Positions 47,112-56,362 of a stretch of 64,000 nt of DNA are shown piece after piece. Below the pieces are notes generated by a model, which searched no databases, was not told the origin of the DNA, and was given only the letters and a program-made list of their open reading frames with translations. The DNA lies in IMG/VR virus record IMGVR_UViG_3300043372_000294, positions 1 through 64,000 of that record; one strand, written 5' to 3'. Source of the stretch: a virus (Duplodnaviria > Caudoviricetes). Positions within the stretch are counted from its first letter, which is position 1. Each line of letters starts with the position of its first letter. The translations under genes and the position numbers were made by a program.

Positions 47112-49049
47112 ATCACTCATATTATCATAATTTTTATTCATATGCAAATCACCTTCTTTTTCATTTTTAGAAACCATTGACTCCTCCATAGTGTCGGGTG
47201 TTTCGTAAATATCATCAGTAACTATTGCTGCTGCCTCGGAAACAGTTCTGCGAAGAACCTGAATCACAATCTCCTGAGTAGGTGTAGGTTCAGGCATGAT
47301 CTTGCTCATACGGTCTTCAGGTTTAATACCCTGTTGTGGCTTCTTAATACCACCACCGCCAGAGCCAATTTCTCCAGTCCCAATGGCTTTGCAATAAACG
47401 CAGTAAGAGTCTTTCATCATGACTCCTTCGCCATTGCAATATTCACAATCAGCACCATCAGACATCTTTCCCTCGCCGTCACATTCCGGGCAGGACATAT
47501 CTTTCATCAAATACTCTGTATCATCACAATACTTGCACATATAATCATTTTTATTCATTTCTTCTGCGCTTTCATTTGAATCAAAATAAACTTTTTTAGA
47601 ACTAGAAGACTTTGGATGATCAGAGTCCAGAAGGTCATAGTCAGTTATATACTTACTATTTTCTGGTCTACCAGTGCGAGAAAGGTATAGGAAAGCATTA
47701 ACGCGAGCAATTGCCCACTGATTACGATTCATTCCGGGGCGATGCGAAGTAGAAAAAGCCCCCGCTCCGCGACGGTAAACTGCTTTCAATTGCCCAAGAG
47801 TCACCCGAGTCCACTCAGGGCGACCTTCCATTTTATCATTGTGCTCTTTAGCCTTATTTCGCAAAGCCTGCTCCGTAGCAGCAGAGACTGTAATGCCACC
47901 AGTTCTGCCAGATGCAGATCCGGGTTCATTAGCATCAGAACCACGAATCTGCTCAGAAGGAGCAGCAGGAGCTTTGCTTATCTCAGATATAATTTGGCTC
48001 GGGCCATCAACACTCATGCCTTCGACATCTGTTCCGACACCTTTATCCATAGCTTTAATTCTATTAGTAATAGCGCGCGCCCAAGTTTGGCCGGGATCTC
48101 CGCCCCACAAAGCCCAAGCAATTCTTCCAGCGCTAGGATAGCCATCGCCGGGAGTGAATCCCTTTCCTTGTTTATCAACCTCATGACGGGAAAAGAACGA
48201 GTGCATTCTTCGAACAGTTGAAATGCTCAGAGTATCTTTATTCATAATGTCTCTAGCTCTAGCTACACCGACAGGAGTTCCGCCACGATTGAATTCTTTT
48301 CTCCACTCAAGACCGCGCTTGGCCTCTGCTGCCATAGCGTCTGTCGGGACAGTATTGATATCAGAAAGAGCTTTCTCAAAAGAATCATTAATAGTCTCAA
48401 TGAATTTATTAATCAGAATTTTGTCGTATTCTTCGGAGCGCCCAATGATAATCATTTCTTCAGAACATACTGCACAAGTGCTATCGCCACCGACAGCAGC
48501 ATATCTATCATCTTCGCAGTAGAAGACATCCTGAACACTCTCAGCGACATATTCAAGCTGACCATCAACACTTTTGATCATTGCAAACATCCCTGCAGGA
48601 TTGCAAGGATTATCAACAACACTTAATTCTCCAAGAGTATATTGCGTAATCTCATTGATCTGTCTATTCAGCTTTTCAGAAAGTTTTTTCTTACTATCTT
48701 TAACATAACCACCAATAGAGAAGCCGCGCAAAGTTCCATCAAGAATCTTCTGCCAAGTGCTTTCTGCACCCTTAGAAATATAAACCGAAACCTCAATGCC
48801 TTGATAAGTTTCGCCCTCATGCTGAACAGGAACTTTCTTCCAATCAACAAGTTTACCAACCGCAACAGGAGAATGCATCTCCCTAATATTTCCCACCCAA
48901 TTAGAAAAAGCCTCAACGGAGGCATCAAAATTGACAACATCATCTACAAGATCGGGGTTATCAGCGGTAGCAATACCAGTGACAATCCTCTGCTCCTGAT
49001 TGATCTTCTGAAATGGGAAAGTGAAGTTAAGTCCAGATTGCATAAACAA
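46401..49049 (-). CDS. multidomain prohead protease-scaffold protein
   Basis: N-terminal HK97-type protease (REMH...GK, GFSIGG, ELSVVDNP.N), extra domains, acidic coiled-coil C terminus. Confidence 0.85.
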   Translation of the reverse strand: MFMQSGLNFTFPFQKINQEQRIVTGIATADNPDLVDDVVNFDASVEAFSNWVGNIREMHSPVAVGKLVDWKKVPVQHEGETYQGIEVSVYISKGAESTWQKILDGTLRGFSIGGYVKDSKKKLSEKLNRQINEITQYTLGELSVVDNPCNPAGMFAMIKSVDGQLEYVAESVQDVFYCEDDRYAAVGGDSTCAVCSEEMIIIGRSEEYDKILINKFIETINDSFEKALSDINTVPTDAMAAEAKRGLEWRKEFNRGGTPVGVARARDIMNKDTLSISTVRRMHSFFSRHEVDKQGKGFTPGDGYPSAGRIAWALWGGDPGQTWARAITNRIKAMDKGVGTDVEGMSVDGPSQIISEISKAPAAPSEQIRGSDANEPGSASGRTGGITVSAATEQALRNKAKEHNDKMEGRPEWTRVTLGQLKAVYRRGAGAFSTSHRPGMNRNQWAIARVNAFLYLSRTGRPENSKYITDYDLLDSDHPKSSSSKKVYFDSNESAEEMNKNDYMCKYCDDTEYLMKDMSCPECDGEGKMSDGADCEYCNGEGVMMKDSYCVYCKAIGTGEIGSGGGGIKKPQQGIKPEDRMSKIMPEPTPTQEIVIQVLRRTVSEAAAIVTDDIYETPDTMEESMVSKNEKEGDLHMNKNYDNMSDMANEDFTDTQKQNILSKLGSFLFGKDSSVEKGQVVDVVSMNHNLKIVSEGNMDNAPRVTINVGGGMLEESVGSTTPKADITNATRAETVSGDSSLTGQGPGEFALEEVTIKSVDSQTDIELSVTEGEEEMDFEKVLEGLGALLDEKLEKVKADITAEVDGKIDAIEKSVSEAKDAADELSGELEKVANSGAGKKSADIEADGFAEDEVLAKSAESESFWGGMFVPTEVVKALGYDS
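47119..47147 (-). promoter_or_regulatory. internal sigmaA promoter inside the protease gene
   Basis: TTGCAT ATGAATAAAAATTATGA TAATAT. Confidence 0.65.
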
Positions 49050-49065
49050 TCCTCCGATCCTATTA

Positions 49066-49094
49066 ATTGTAGATAAGATTTACTAAAAAGTCAA
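49066..49094 (-). promoter_or_regulatory. sigmaA promoter for protease/capsid
   Basis: TTGACT, 17-bp spacer, TACAAT; GGAGG RBS downstream. Confidence 0.8.
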
Positions 49095-49095
49095 A

Positions 49096-49863
49096 TTATC
49101 TAACTCTTAATAAATACCAACCATTTATAGTCGCTGTTGCAGTAGCGCTTGCAGTACCCATTTGCACAGTAAAGTCTATATATGTAGTTCCAGACATATC
49201 AGTAGCTGAAGAGCCATACCCAACTTGCGTTTGAGCGACAGTAATAGCATTCCATGTTGCACCACCAGCACCATTGTAAAGCATACCTGAAGCTAATTGA
49301 GAAGGAGAAGATGGACCAATTGCTGCAACATTTAAATCTACCTCAATCCTCCAAGGTCTATTATTAGCGGAAACGCCTATAGATATAGCTCCAGTAGCTA
49401 TGACTGCAGCCGTAGAAGACGTAGACCCAATTTTGTATCTCCATGTATATGTAGTAGCTGCTGCAGCATTACTTAATAATGTTCCATAAGCAACTAGTTT
49501 ATACAAATCTTGATTTTGAGCACCAGTGAAGTTTGTAGAAAGCAAAGCAGTTTCTGTCGTTGAATTAGATACAGTTGAGCTAGAACTTGATGAAGACAGG
49601 CGAATTGTTCCAGCCGGTCCAATAAGCGAAACTCCACCACCCCATGCCCCGGATGCTTTTGGGCCATAAATACGGGAAGCAGTTGTATCAATGTAAAAAT
49701 CACCATTGACTCCAAGGCCAGAAGATGGAACGCCAGACCCGTTAAGGATTGTCTTGCCATCGATACCATTAGTGCCATTAGTTCCTGTAGCACCTGTTGG
49801 ACCTTGAGCACCAATAGCAGTCTCAACCCAAGCAGAGCCATCCCAAATCTTAAGAACAGTCAT
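49096..49863 (-). CDS. short collagen-like fibre protein
   Basis: N-terminal LKIWDGSAW, GxY triplets, GDFYIDT...YGPK..G.W, beta-rich C terminus. Confidence 0.7.
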   Translation of the reverse strand: MTVLKIWDGSAWVETAIGAQGPTGATGTNGTNGIDGKTILNGSGVPSSGLGVNGDFYIDTTASRIYGPKASGAWGGGVSLIGPAGTIRLSSSSSSSTVSNSTTETALLSTNFTGAQNQDLYKLVAYGTLLSNAAAATTYTWRYKIGSTSSTAAVIATGAISIGVSANNRPWRIEVDLNVAAIGPSSPSQLASGMLYNGAGGATWNAITVAQTQVGYGSSATDMSGTTYIDFTVQMGTASATATATINGWYLLRVR

Positions 49864-50417
49864 ATTTTACTCCTATATAAATTAGGATCAATAGTAGATG
49901 CAGCAATTTCTGGATCAATAGGCCATTTATTATCTAATAATAAATTGAAAGTATTTAATGTATTATTAATTAAATCAGAATAATTTACAATAGAAAGATT
50001 GACATCACTACGCTCCGCTAAATCTTCTTCAATTTGGGTTCTAAAATTTATAAATGACTGTCCTATCAAACCACCAAAAGAGCTAGAATAAGAAAGTTGT
50101 ATTTCATCTATAGATCTACTAGTTAAAACAATAGTCCATTCGCCATCTGGAAGATCAGTTAAATTATATACAGACATTTTTAAAATATTATTGTCTGGGA
50201 CAATATCAATCCACTCAGATGCTGGGCGGGTGAGATAATTGTGAGCATAATAATCAGTATTAGGATTTGGATTATATCCAACGGAGTCAACTTCGCGACT
50301 TCTAATAACTGACTCAAGTTCCTGATTATACCAAATAGGCATTTGAGATGCTAAAGCAAGAGCATGAATTAAAGCAGTAGTTCCAGTTCTATTAAGCCCA
50401 CCAATAATATATTTCAC
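49860..50417 (-). CDS. sulfotransferase-family protein
   Basis: N-terminal IIGGLNRTGTTAL (PAPS-binding P-loop), NP...YY, R...I..S, Y.DL. Confidence 0.6.
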   Translation of the reverse strand: MKYIIGGLNRTGTTALIHALALASQMPIWYNQELESVIRSREVDSVGYNPNPNTDYYAHNYLTRPASEWIDIVPDNNILKMSVYNLTDLPDGEWTIVLTSRSIDEIQLSYSSSFGGLIGQSFINFRTQIEEDLAERSDVNLSIVNYSDLINNTLNTFNLLLDNKWPIDPEIAASTIDPNLYRSKI

Positions 50418-51094
50418 TATTTCACCGCCAAAAGCGTAGAAGCTGGATAATAAATAAGAGTTCCGCTAGTAGTAGCAGTTCTACTCCCAGTAGCGCCAGA
50501 AGCTATGAGGTTTTCAGTAGTCATAAGTGTATTTGTATAAAAATTATGAACAGGACTATAAATATTTATGTTAGATCTTTCTGTCATAGATGCAGGTTTA
50601 ATTAAAATATCTGAAGTGGCGCTCCAATTCCACCAACAACCAACTAGTATATCTGAAGAAGTAGTTGTGGTAATTGAGTTCGCTGTCAGAGAACCGGCAA
50701 CGGGAGCGCCAACTACATCTATTGCTGTCCCCCCAGATATTGCCATTATTGACATTGCCCCAGAATACCAATTGACACCGGGCCAAGTAAGTGATGTCTC
50801 AGAACCTGTTGCAGTTTTTGTAAAAATAAGCCTTTCATAATAATCTCCACTAAAATTAGAAAAACCATACTGAGCAATCCATCCTGAAGGGGGATTATAG
50901 TAATTATATGTAGTACTTCCAGTTTTTGCATCAATATCAAGATTAACTTGCATAATAAGAATATCACCTGCAGCGAAACCAGCAGGCATAGCACAAGTCA
51001 TACTAGAAGTAGTTGTTGAAGCAGTAGCAACAGATCTGAATTGTGGACCCGCAGCAGCAGTAATACGACTAGAAGCAGTTATTCCAAGAATCAT
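50417..51094 (-). CDS. putative fibre-tip adhesin
   Basis: MILGITASS N terminus, P.G..AGD.L, P.GW; Ser/Thr-rich. Confidence 0.55.
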   Translation of the reverse strand: MILGITASSRITAAAGPQFRSVATASTTTSSMTCAMPAGFAAGDILIMQVNLDIDAKTGSTTYNYYNPPSGWIAQYGFSNFSGDYYERLIFTKTATGSETSLTWPGVNWYSGAMSIMAISGGTAIDVVGAPVAGSLTANSITTTTSSDILVGCWWNWSATSDILIKPASMTERSNINIYSPVHNFYTNTLMTTENLIASGATGSRTATTSGTLIYYPASTLLAVK

Positions 51095-51660
51095 GTTAAA
51101 TCACCAACCAAAACCCATGTATTAGTAGCTCTCTTAATAAGTGTAGCAGAAGACCACTGCGCTCTCAAAATCAAACTTGGAGTAGCATTAATAGTTACCC
51201 CGCCAGCAGGAGCGATAGTTACAGATCCAGTACCAGTTGCCAAAAGATTAATTTGAGTCCCAATAGCAAAAGCAACAGATGCATTTGTCGGAACAGTTAT
51301 TGTAGCAGCAGCAGAAACTTCAATCAAAGTTTGTTCATCTGTCAATGCCAAAGTATAATTGGCAGATTTAATAGAAGTATTCAATCTATATGGTGCAAAA
51401 AGTGAACCAGTAGAACTTGTATCAGCCCAAACTACAGAAGTATCGGACGGGGCTGTTGACTGAATTACTATCCCCGCTGGACCTTGCGGGCCAATCATAC
51501 CAACTGAAGCTTCGCTAGCAATAGCAGAAGGACTCACAGAAATATTCTGCAAACCTCTATTGACAGTAACATTAGGGCCAGCAGCAGTTGGAGTGACACT
51601 AACAGTCGTATCAGTACCACTTACAGTAATTTCATTAGTGGTCTGATTAACCTCAGTCAT
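51091..51660 (-). CDS. short fibre protein with C-terminal GDL domain
   Basis: GPQGP, APSDTSVVWADT, YTL...D...F.IG.QI...LR.QWS.ATL.K...W.LVGDL. Confidence 0.7.
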   Translation of the reverse strand: MTEVNQTTNEITVSGTDTTVSVTPTAAGPNVTVNRGLQNISVSPSAIASEASVGMIGPQGPAGIVIQSTAPSDTSVVWADTSSTGSLFAPYRLNTSIKSANYTLALTDEQTLIEVSAAATITVPTNASVAFAIGTQINLLATGTGSVTIAPAGGVTINATPSLILRAQWSSATLIKRATNTWVLVGDLT

Positions 51661-52337
51661 TAGTAGGTAATCTCCTGCCTAACTTCAAATAACCCGCGAA
51701 TAATTTTGATGGTATCTCCAGCAGTTCCTACGCCGGGAGAAGTACCAAGAGTTACTTCAAGATCATAATCATAAATACCAGCGGCAACAGCGGCCATAGT
51801 TGTAGAGGGAATTTTGATATCAATAATGCCCGTCGAAGGAGTTAAGTCAAGAGTTGATGTAAAGAGACTATGACCTGTTCCCGCAGATCCTGAGGTAGTA
51901 ATACCTGAACCATTTAAAGTAGAAGTTACGTTAAATGTGGTTGCAGTTAAATAGATTACATAATAAGAAGTTCCGGCAGTTAATCCGGTTGGCAGTGTTC
52001 CAGTGGTTGTGAACTTCACAACATCGTTAAGCAAAAGATTGTGGGCAGAAGGCGTAGTAAAAACTCCCGGAGCAGCAATAGTTACAGTCACAGTAGAAGC
52101 GAAAACTGAAGGATCTGACGTACCAATAGATATAACAGGTGCATCTCTGTAAGCAGCAGCCTTAAGTCGCTCTGGATAAGACTTTCGAACCTTCATAGAA
52201 GCAGTAGCGCCAGTGCCAAGATTAATCGCAGTCCCAGCCGAATTCTTGTAGACAATTTGACGGATAAAGGTTGTACCTTGATCCGCCACAATATTATAAA
52301 TGCCAACATCAGAAACATCATTAACAATCGTCGTCAT
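51660..52337 (-). CDS. fibre adaptor (BppU-like) with an inserted HGL/GD module
   Basis: QG.TF...INL.G..A.M.VR...G.I...YDLE...G.F.V..EIT. Confidence 0.6.
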   Translation of the reverse strand: MTTIVNDVSDVGIYNIVADQGTTFIRQIVYKNSAGTAINLGTGATASMKVRKSYPERLKAAAYRDAPVISIGTSDPSVFASTVTVTIAAPGVFTTPSAHNLLLNDVVKFTTTGTLPTGLTAGTSYYVIYLTATTFNVTSTLNGSGITTSGSAGTGHSLFTSTLDLTPSTGIIDIKIPSTTMAAVAAGIYDYDLEVTLGTSPGVGTAGDTIKIIRGLFEVRQEITY

Positions 52338-52391
52338 TTTTCCTCCAAATATATAACCATTTTATCATCATATTAACTTAAAGGCATAAAG

Positions 52392-52823
52392 TTATGCAAT
52401 TAAATCTCCAACTAAAATATAAATATTAGATCCAGTACAAACTAATGTTGCCCCAGAGTACTGAGTCCTAAACTTCTTCCCCGAAGAAGAGTTTACAGTC
52501 GCTGTCCCAGCAATAGTTACTTGCCCCAATCCAGTTTGGATCATATCAATTCTTTGTCCAACAGTAATGCCAATACCTATATTTACGTTTAGCGTCATCG
52601 CTACAGAACTGTTATTTAGCAAAAGTACTTTGCCATTATCTCCCGAATTAATAGAGTAAGAGTTTGCTGTGATTGTAGGAGTAGATACTGCCTGAGCAGT
52701 TGCCCAGTCTCCAGTGCTACCTTGAGGGCCCTGTGGCCCCTGTGGCCCCTGTGGACCTTGTTTTCCTACTACAATGACTTCCCATTGGCTTGTTGCTGGA
52801 TTCCAGCTTTTGATTGTACTCAT
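52392..52823 (-). CDS. short collagen fibre protein with C-terminal GDL domain
   Basis: IKSWNPATSQW, (GPQ)n, ends LVGDLIA. Confidence 0.7.
   Translation of the reverse strand: MSTIKSWNPATSQWEVIVVGKQGPQGPQGPQGPQGSTGDWATAQAVSTPTITANSYSINSGDNGKVLLLNNSSVAMTLNVNIGIGITVGQRIDMIQTGLGQVTIAGTATVNSSSGKKFRTQYSGATLVCTGSNIYILVGDLIA
52727..52760. repeat. 9-bp tandem repeat (collagen GPQ)
   Basis: (ccctgtggc)n. Confidence 0.85.
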
Positions 52824-52853
52824 TATCTTTTCTGCACTGTTCTATTCATAAAA

Positions 52854-55800
52854 TCAACCAATCTGAGTGAACATAAAGCTTGATCCCGCTTTTATTCTTG
52901 TTTCATCGCTACCTGATGCTAAGTTTCTTCCAAAAGCCAAATTCAAGATAGGTACAGAAGCGCCACTAGTAAACGAACCTTTTATTATTATGACATTGGG
53001 GGTTCCAAGGGACTTCACACCCATAGATAAAGCATTTGTGCCTGTTATTACATCACTAGTAAAAGCCGCCCCGCTGGTGTCTATCCCGCTTGCATACCAA
53101 GACAAGTCTGAGATGTTATTAACATTGAATTTTAATTTTATGTCCGCAGCGGAATTCCCTGTTACATACAAAGTCCCCTCAAATATATATTTTGCATTCT
53201 GTTTTCCGTTATCAAATGTAGCGGCAACGACATACGCTGAACCTGTAGAGGCCGTAGATACATCCCCATTGAAAAGGTATGGGGTCTGTTTGATGACGGT
53301 TTGATAGTTGGGACCTAGGGCAGGATTTTTGTTAAATGATGTAATACCCCCTACTGCTATCTCCACACTCGTATCTTCTATCTTGACCACTTCATTATCA
53401 CAAATCCCGTCAAACAAAATGTCTTGCAAGCTACAAGGGCCTCTTTCAAGACTGGCATGATACCGCTGCGTTTTAAAAGTGCATGACCCTGACGCGCTAG
53501 GGAATGCTACAAGGCGGGAAGTATCGGAAGGGTTTTTTGCGGAATATTCTGCATCCGCAATGGAACCTGCTGCTCGGAAAGTGGTAGGGCTGTTAGCAAG
53601 TTCTCCCCACCAATAGCTATTTGCTGGAGCGGCTCCATCCTTATTGGGTTCAGGGGTTATGCCCCAGTCGGCCCAATACACTTTTTGACGAGTGGTGGGG
53701 ACAACGGCATAATAATCAATACCAGTAGAAAGGCCTGTAGGGAGAGGCCCTGTAACAGTCCAAGACGAATATGTTCCAGCACCGGCACCGGAATAGGCAC
53801 TGCCTGTTATGACACCAGTAGTAGAATTGTAAGAGCTGACCAAAATATTTATGTAGTTGGTGGAATCATACGAGACAGTTATTGTCTGGGATGGTGTGCA
53901 AAAGAAAGGAGTTGCAACAGTGAAAGACTTCTCACCAAAAGAAATCTCTAGTGAACTAGAGGAAGTGGTTTCATTACTAAAACGTATTCTAGCCCCTGTT
54001 GTCAACAGGTGCTTATTACTGCCATTTATAACTTTAGCATTTACAAGATGAGTACTTGCCGTCGTATCAAACTTCCCTCGAATGACAGTAAGAGTAGTTC
54101 CTGATACTGCAGTTACTAACATTATTTCTAAATCAACCAGCAGAAGTGATCCAGCCGCTATACCTGTAGCAGAGGTAACTGTAATCGAAGTAGCACCAGT
54201 ACTGGTTATTGCAGCACTGAGGTTAGTACCACTACCAACGACATAAGGCTCCTCATCTGTATTAGCTACTACTGAACTTGAGGTAATATCATAAGATCCG
54301 TTAAAAGTGGCAATACCGCTTAGAGCATGAGTGTTTCCGATATGGCCTTGGTTAAGGGAGACATTGTTGATAGCGCCCTGATTTGAGTAGGGCTGGATAG
54401 TTCCCGAAAGCGTGCTGGCACTCGTATAAGAAATTGCAACACCGTTTATGGCGTCAATATACGTTGCAGCTAACTTCAAGTTGGGGGAAGAGTCTATTGC
54501 AAAATAGTATGTGCTATTTGAAAACGGAGGATCAAGTGGGTGGCGATTATTATTAGAGTCATCCACAATAGCAGGAGAAGTAATCTTTACGCGTGTGCCG
54601 GTGACAATAGTATTAGTTCCGGGAACAGGAATTGTCGTAGTATTAGTCCCAGTAAACTGCACAGTTACAGCTGTTGTTGAATTCGGGCTAGTCGCTTTAG
54701 AATAGCCGGTGCTTATATCAAAATCACATTCTCTGATCGAAGGTTTGCCATATGATCCATTGACAAATCTAACACCGCTAAAAAACACCCCGCGATTTCC
54801 CGCCACGGTAAGAGTGGTTCCCCCTCTCATAGCAGGCGAAGGTACATAACTATACCCATCAAACTTTAAGAACTGTTGTCCAATTGCTTCCTGAGGATTA
54901 TGCAGCATGGACTGTGAGAAATAACTATTCCTTGAATAAAGCGAGTTTGCTGTAGGATCAGGTTGAAGCCAAATATTGTCACCAAATGGATATATAGAAA
55001 AGAAGTTTTTGAAATGCATATTGTTGGTATCGTCAGCAACAACTGTGTCCGACATATCAAACTGGGGATACGAACTCCCATCCCCACTTGCAAACAAATA
55101 CACAAAATCAATTACCGCCTCCCGAATGCTCTGGTTCAACTTCAAAGCAGTACGAGCAAAATGATGGATACGAACATTACGCAGCAAGAACCTATTCTGG
55201 TACTGATACTCAAGCCCCCCAATATCAATCATCCTTCCTCGTCCATCTAGGAAGAGATTTTCTATGAACGAACCGTCAACATGGTTGCTTTGGATGTAGG
55301 AGGTGTCTGTTGGACCTCTTTTTACGGTTATGAACTGATTAGCAATAGTGCCGTTTACATGGTAGGCGGCAGTGACTCCGGAAACCGTAGTCTCTATGGG
55401 AGCAAGGCGGGTCAAGTTTTGACCGGCACCCGTAATATGCATAGGAAAATTGTAAGAGAATGGTTGACACTTGTAAAAGCCTTTTGGCAGTACGAGGGTA
55501 TCTCCTCTGGTTAGCTCAGGCGTTTGGCCTGAAATATAAACAGTGCCGTTATTATTCAACACCCCAAAAGCCCTCTTTATGGCAGGGGTGATATCCGTAA
55601 CAGAAGCATATGTTGGATCAAACACGCCAACCGCAATGTTGTCCTGAAACTCTCGGATATCAACAGCATTCTTATACTGTCGATCTGTCCAGCCAGTGTC
55701 GTAGTCGCTGTTTGAAATTTTTGATAAAATTTGCCCTTTCAGCCCGCCTGTTGGAAAAATTGTAGCATTACCCGGATCATCCGTATCAACCCAAAGTAAA

Positions 55801-56018
55801 TTTGTAGAAGACGGAGCCTCATTTTGAAATACAACATTGCTCGGTCCTGCCGCTCCCTGTGGTCCCTGTGGTCCCTGTGGTCCCTGTGGTCCAACAGGAC
55901 CAGAATTGCTAGAACCTACAGCAATAATAGTATTATCTGCTGACTGAACTAATGTAATATTATTATCTTCTTTTAATATAATATTATTATTTTCTCTTAA
56001 AATAATAGACTGGTTCAT
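52854..56018 (-). CDS. large fibre/tailspike with pectate-lyase-like beta-helix (putative depolymerase)
   Basis: Collagen, APSSTNLLWVDT, GG.KGQIL.K, D.TPAI..A...G..L.LPKG.Y, beta-helix-like strands. Confidence 0.72.
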   Translation of the reverse strand: MNQSIILRENNNIILKEDNNITLVQSADNTIIAVGSSNSGPVGPQGPQGPQGPQGAAGPSNVVFQNEAPSSTNLLWVDTDDPGNATIFPTGGLKGQILSKISNSDYDTGWTDRQYKNAVDIREFQDNIAVGVFDPTYASVTDITPAIKRAFGVLNNNGTVYISGQTPELTRGDTLVLPKGFYKCQPFSYNFPMHITGAGQNLTRLAPIETTVSGVTAAYHVNGTIANQFITVKRGPTDTSYIQSNHVDGSFIENLFLDGRGRMIDIGGLEYQYQNRFLLRNVRIHHFARTALKLNQSIREAVIDFVYLFASGDGSSYPQFDMSDTVVADDTNNMHFKNFFSIYPFGDNIWLQPDPTANSLYSRNSYFSQSMLHNPQEAIGQQFLKFDGYSYVPSPAMRGGTTLTVAGNRGVFFSGVRFVNGSYGKPSIRECDFDISTGYSKATSPNSTTAVTVQFTGTNTTTIPVPGTNTIVTGTRVKITSPAIVDDSNNNRHPLDPPFSNSTYYFAIDSSPNLKLAATYIDAINGVAISYTSASTLSGTIQPYSNQGAINNVSLNQGHIGNTHALSGIATFNGSYDITSSSVVANTDEEPYVVGSGTNLSAAITSTGATSITVTSATGIAAGSLLLVDLEIMLVTAVSGTTLTVIRGKFDTTASTHLVNAKVINGSNKHLLTTGARIRFSNETTSSSSLEISFGEKSFTVATPFFCTPSQTITVSYDSTNYINILVSSYNSTTGVITGSAYSGAGAGTYSSWTVTGPLPTGLSTGIDYYAVVPTTRQKVYWADWGITPEPNKDGAAPANSYWWGELANSPTTFRAAGSIADAEYSAKNPSDTSRLVAFPSASGSCTFKTQRYHASLERGPCSLQDILFDGICDNEVVKIEDTSVEIAVGGITSFNKNPALGPNYQTVIKQTPYLFNGDVSTASTGSAYVVAATFDNGKQNAKYIFEGTLYVTGNSAADIKLKFNVNNISDLSWYASGIDTSGAAFTSDVITGTNALSMGVKSLGTPNVIIIKGSFTSGASVPILNLAFGRNLASGSDETRIKAGSSFMFTQIG
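55854..55892. repeat. 9-bp tandem repeat (collagen GPQ)
   Basis: (tccctgtgg)x4. Confidence 0.85.
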
Positions 56019-56353
56019 CTAGTAATATCCTTCTCAATATAGGCAGGGCCGGTGAGAAGCGTAGTCACAACAGATCCATTGACTTCTTGTAAATCCCAAA
56101 CTGCATTAGCAGGAGAAAGAGCAGCAGTAGTAGTAGCTGATAGCGTACAAGCAAAAATGCCGTTAGCAGCATTGACGATTGCACAACTAAAAGTAGCAAG
56201 AGGAGCAGAAGAACTAGCCTTAGCTCTGACCTGCGCTGAGTAAGTTCTACCCGTAATGTTAATCGGAGTGCCAGTAGAATTTTGACGAGTCACAGTAACT
56301 GTCTCAGTATCGCCAATCTTAATATTTAATGGATAATTTGTAGGCTTACTCAT
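56015..56353 (-). CDS. fibre adaptor (BppU-like), without insertion
   Basis: GDT...G.PIN.TG....QVR...G...LS...T..L...WDL...G......DITR. Confidence 0.6.
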   Translation of the reverse strand: MSKPTNYPLNIKIGDTETVTVTRQNSTGTPINITGRTYSAQVRAKASSSAPLATFSCAIVNAANGIFACTLSATTTAALSPANAVWDLQEVNGSVVTTLLTGPAYIEKDITR

Positions 56354-56362
56354 CTCTCTCCT

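Noticed and set aside
52727-55892. 9-bp tandem repeats as contingency loci
   Set aside because: They are in-frame collagen GPQ repeats, so copy-number change would only alter fibre length.
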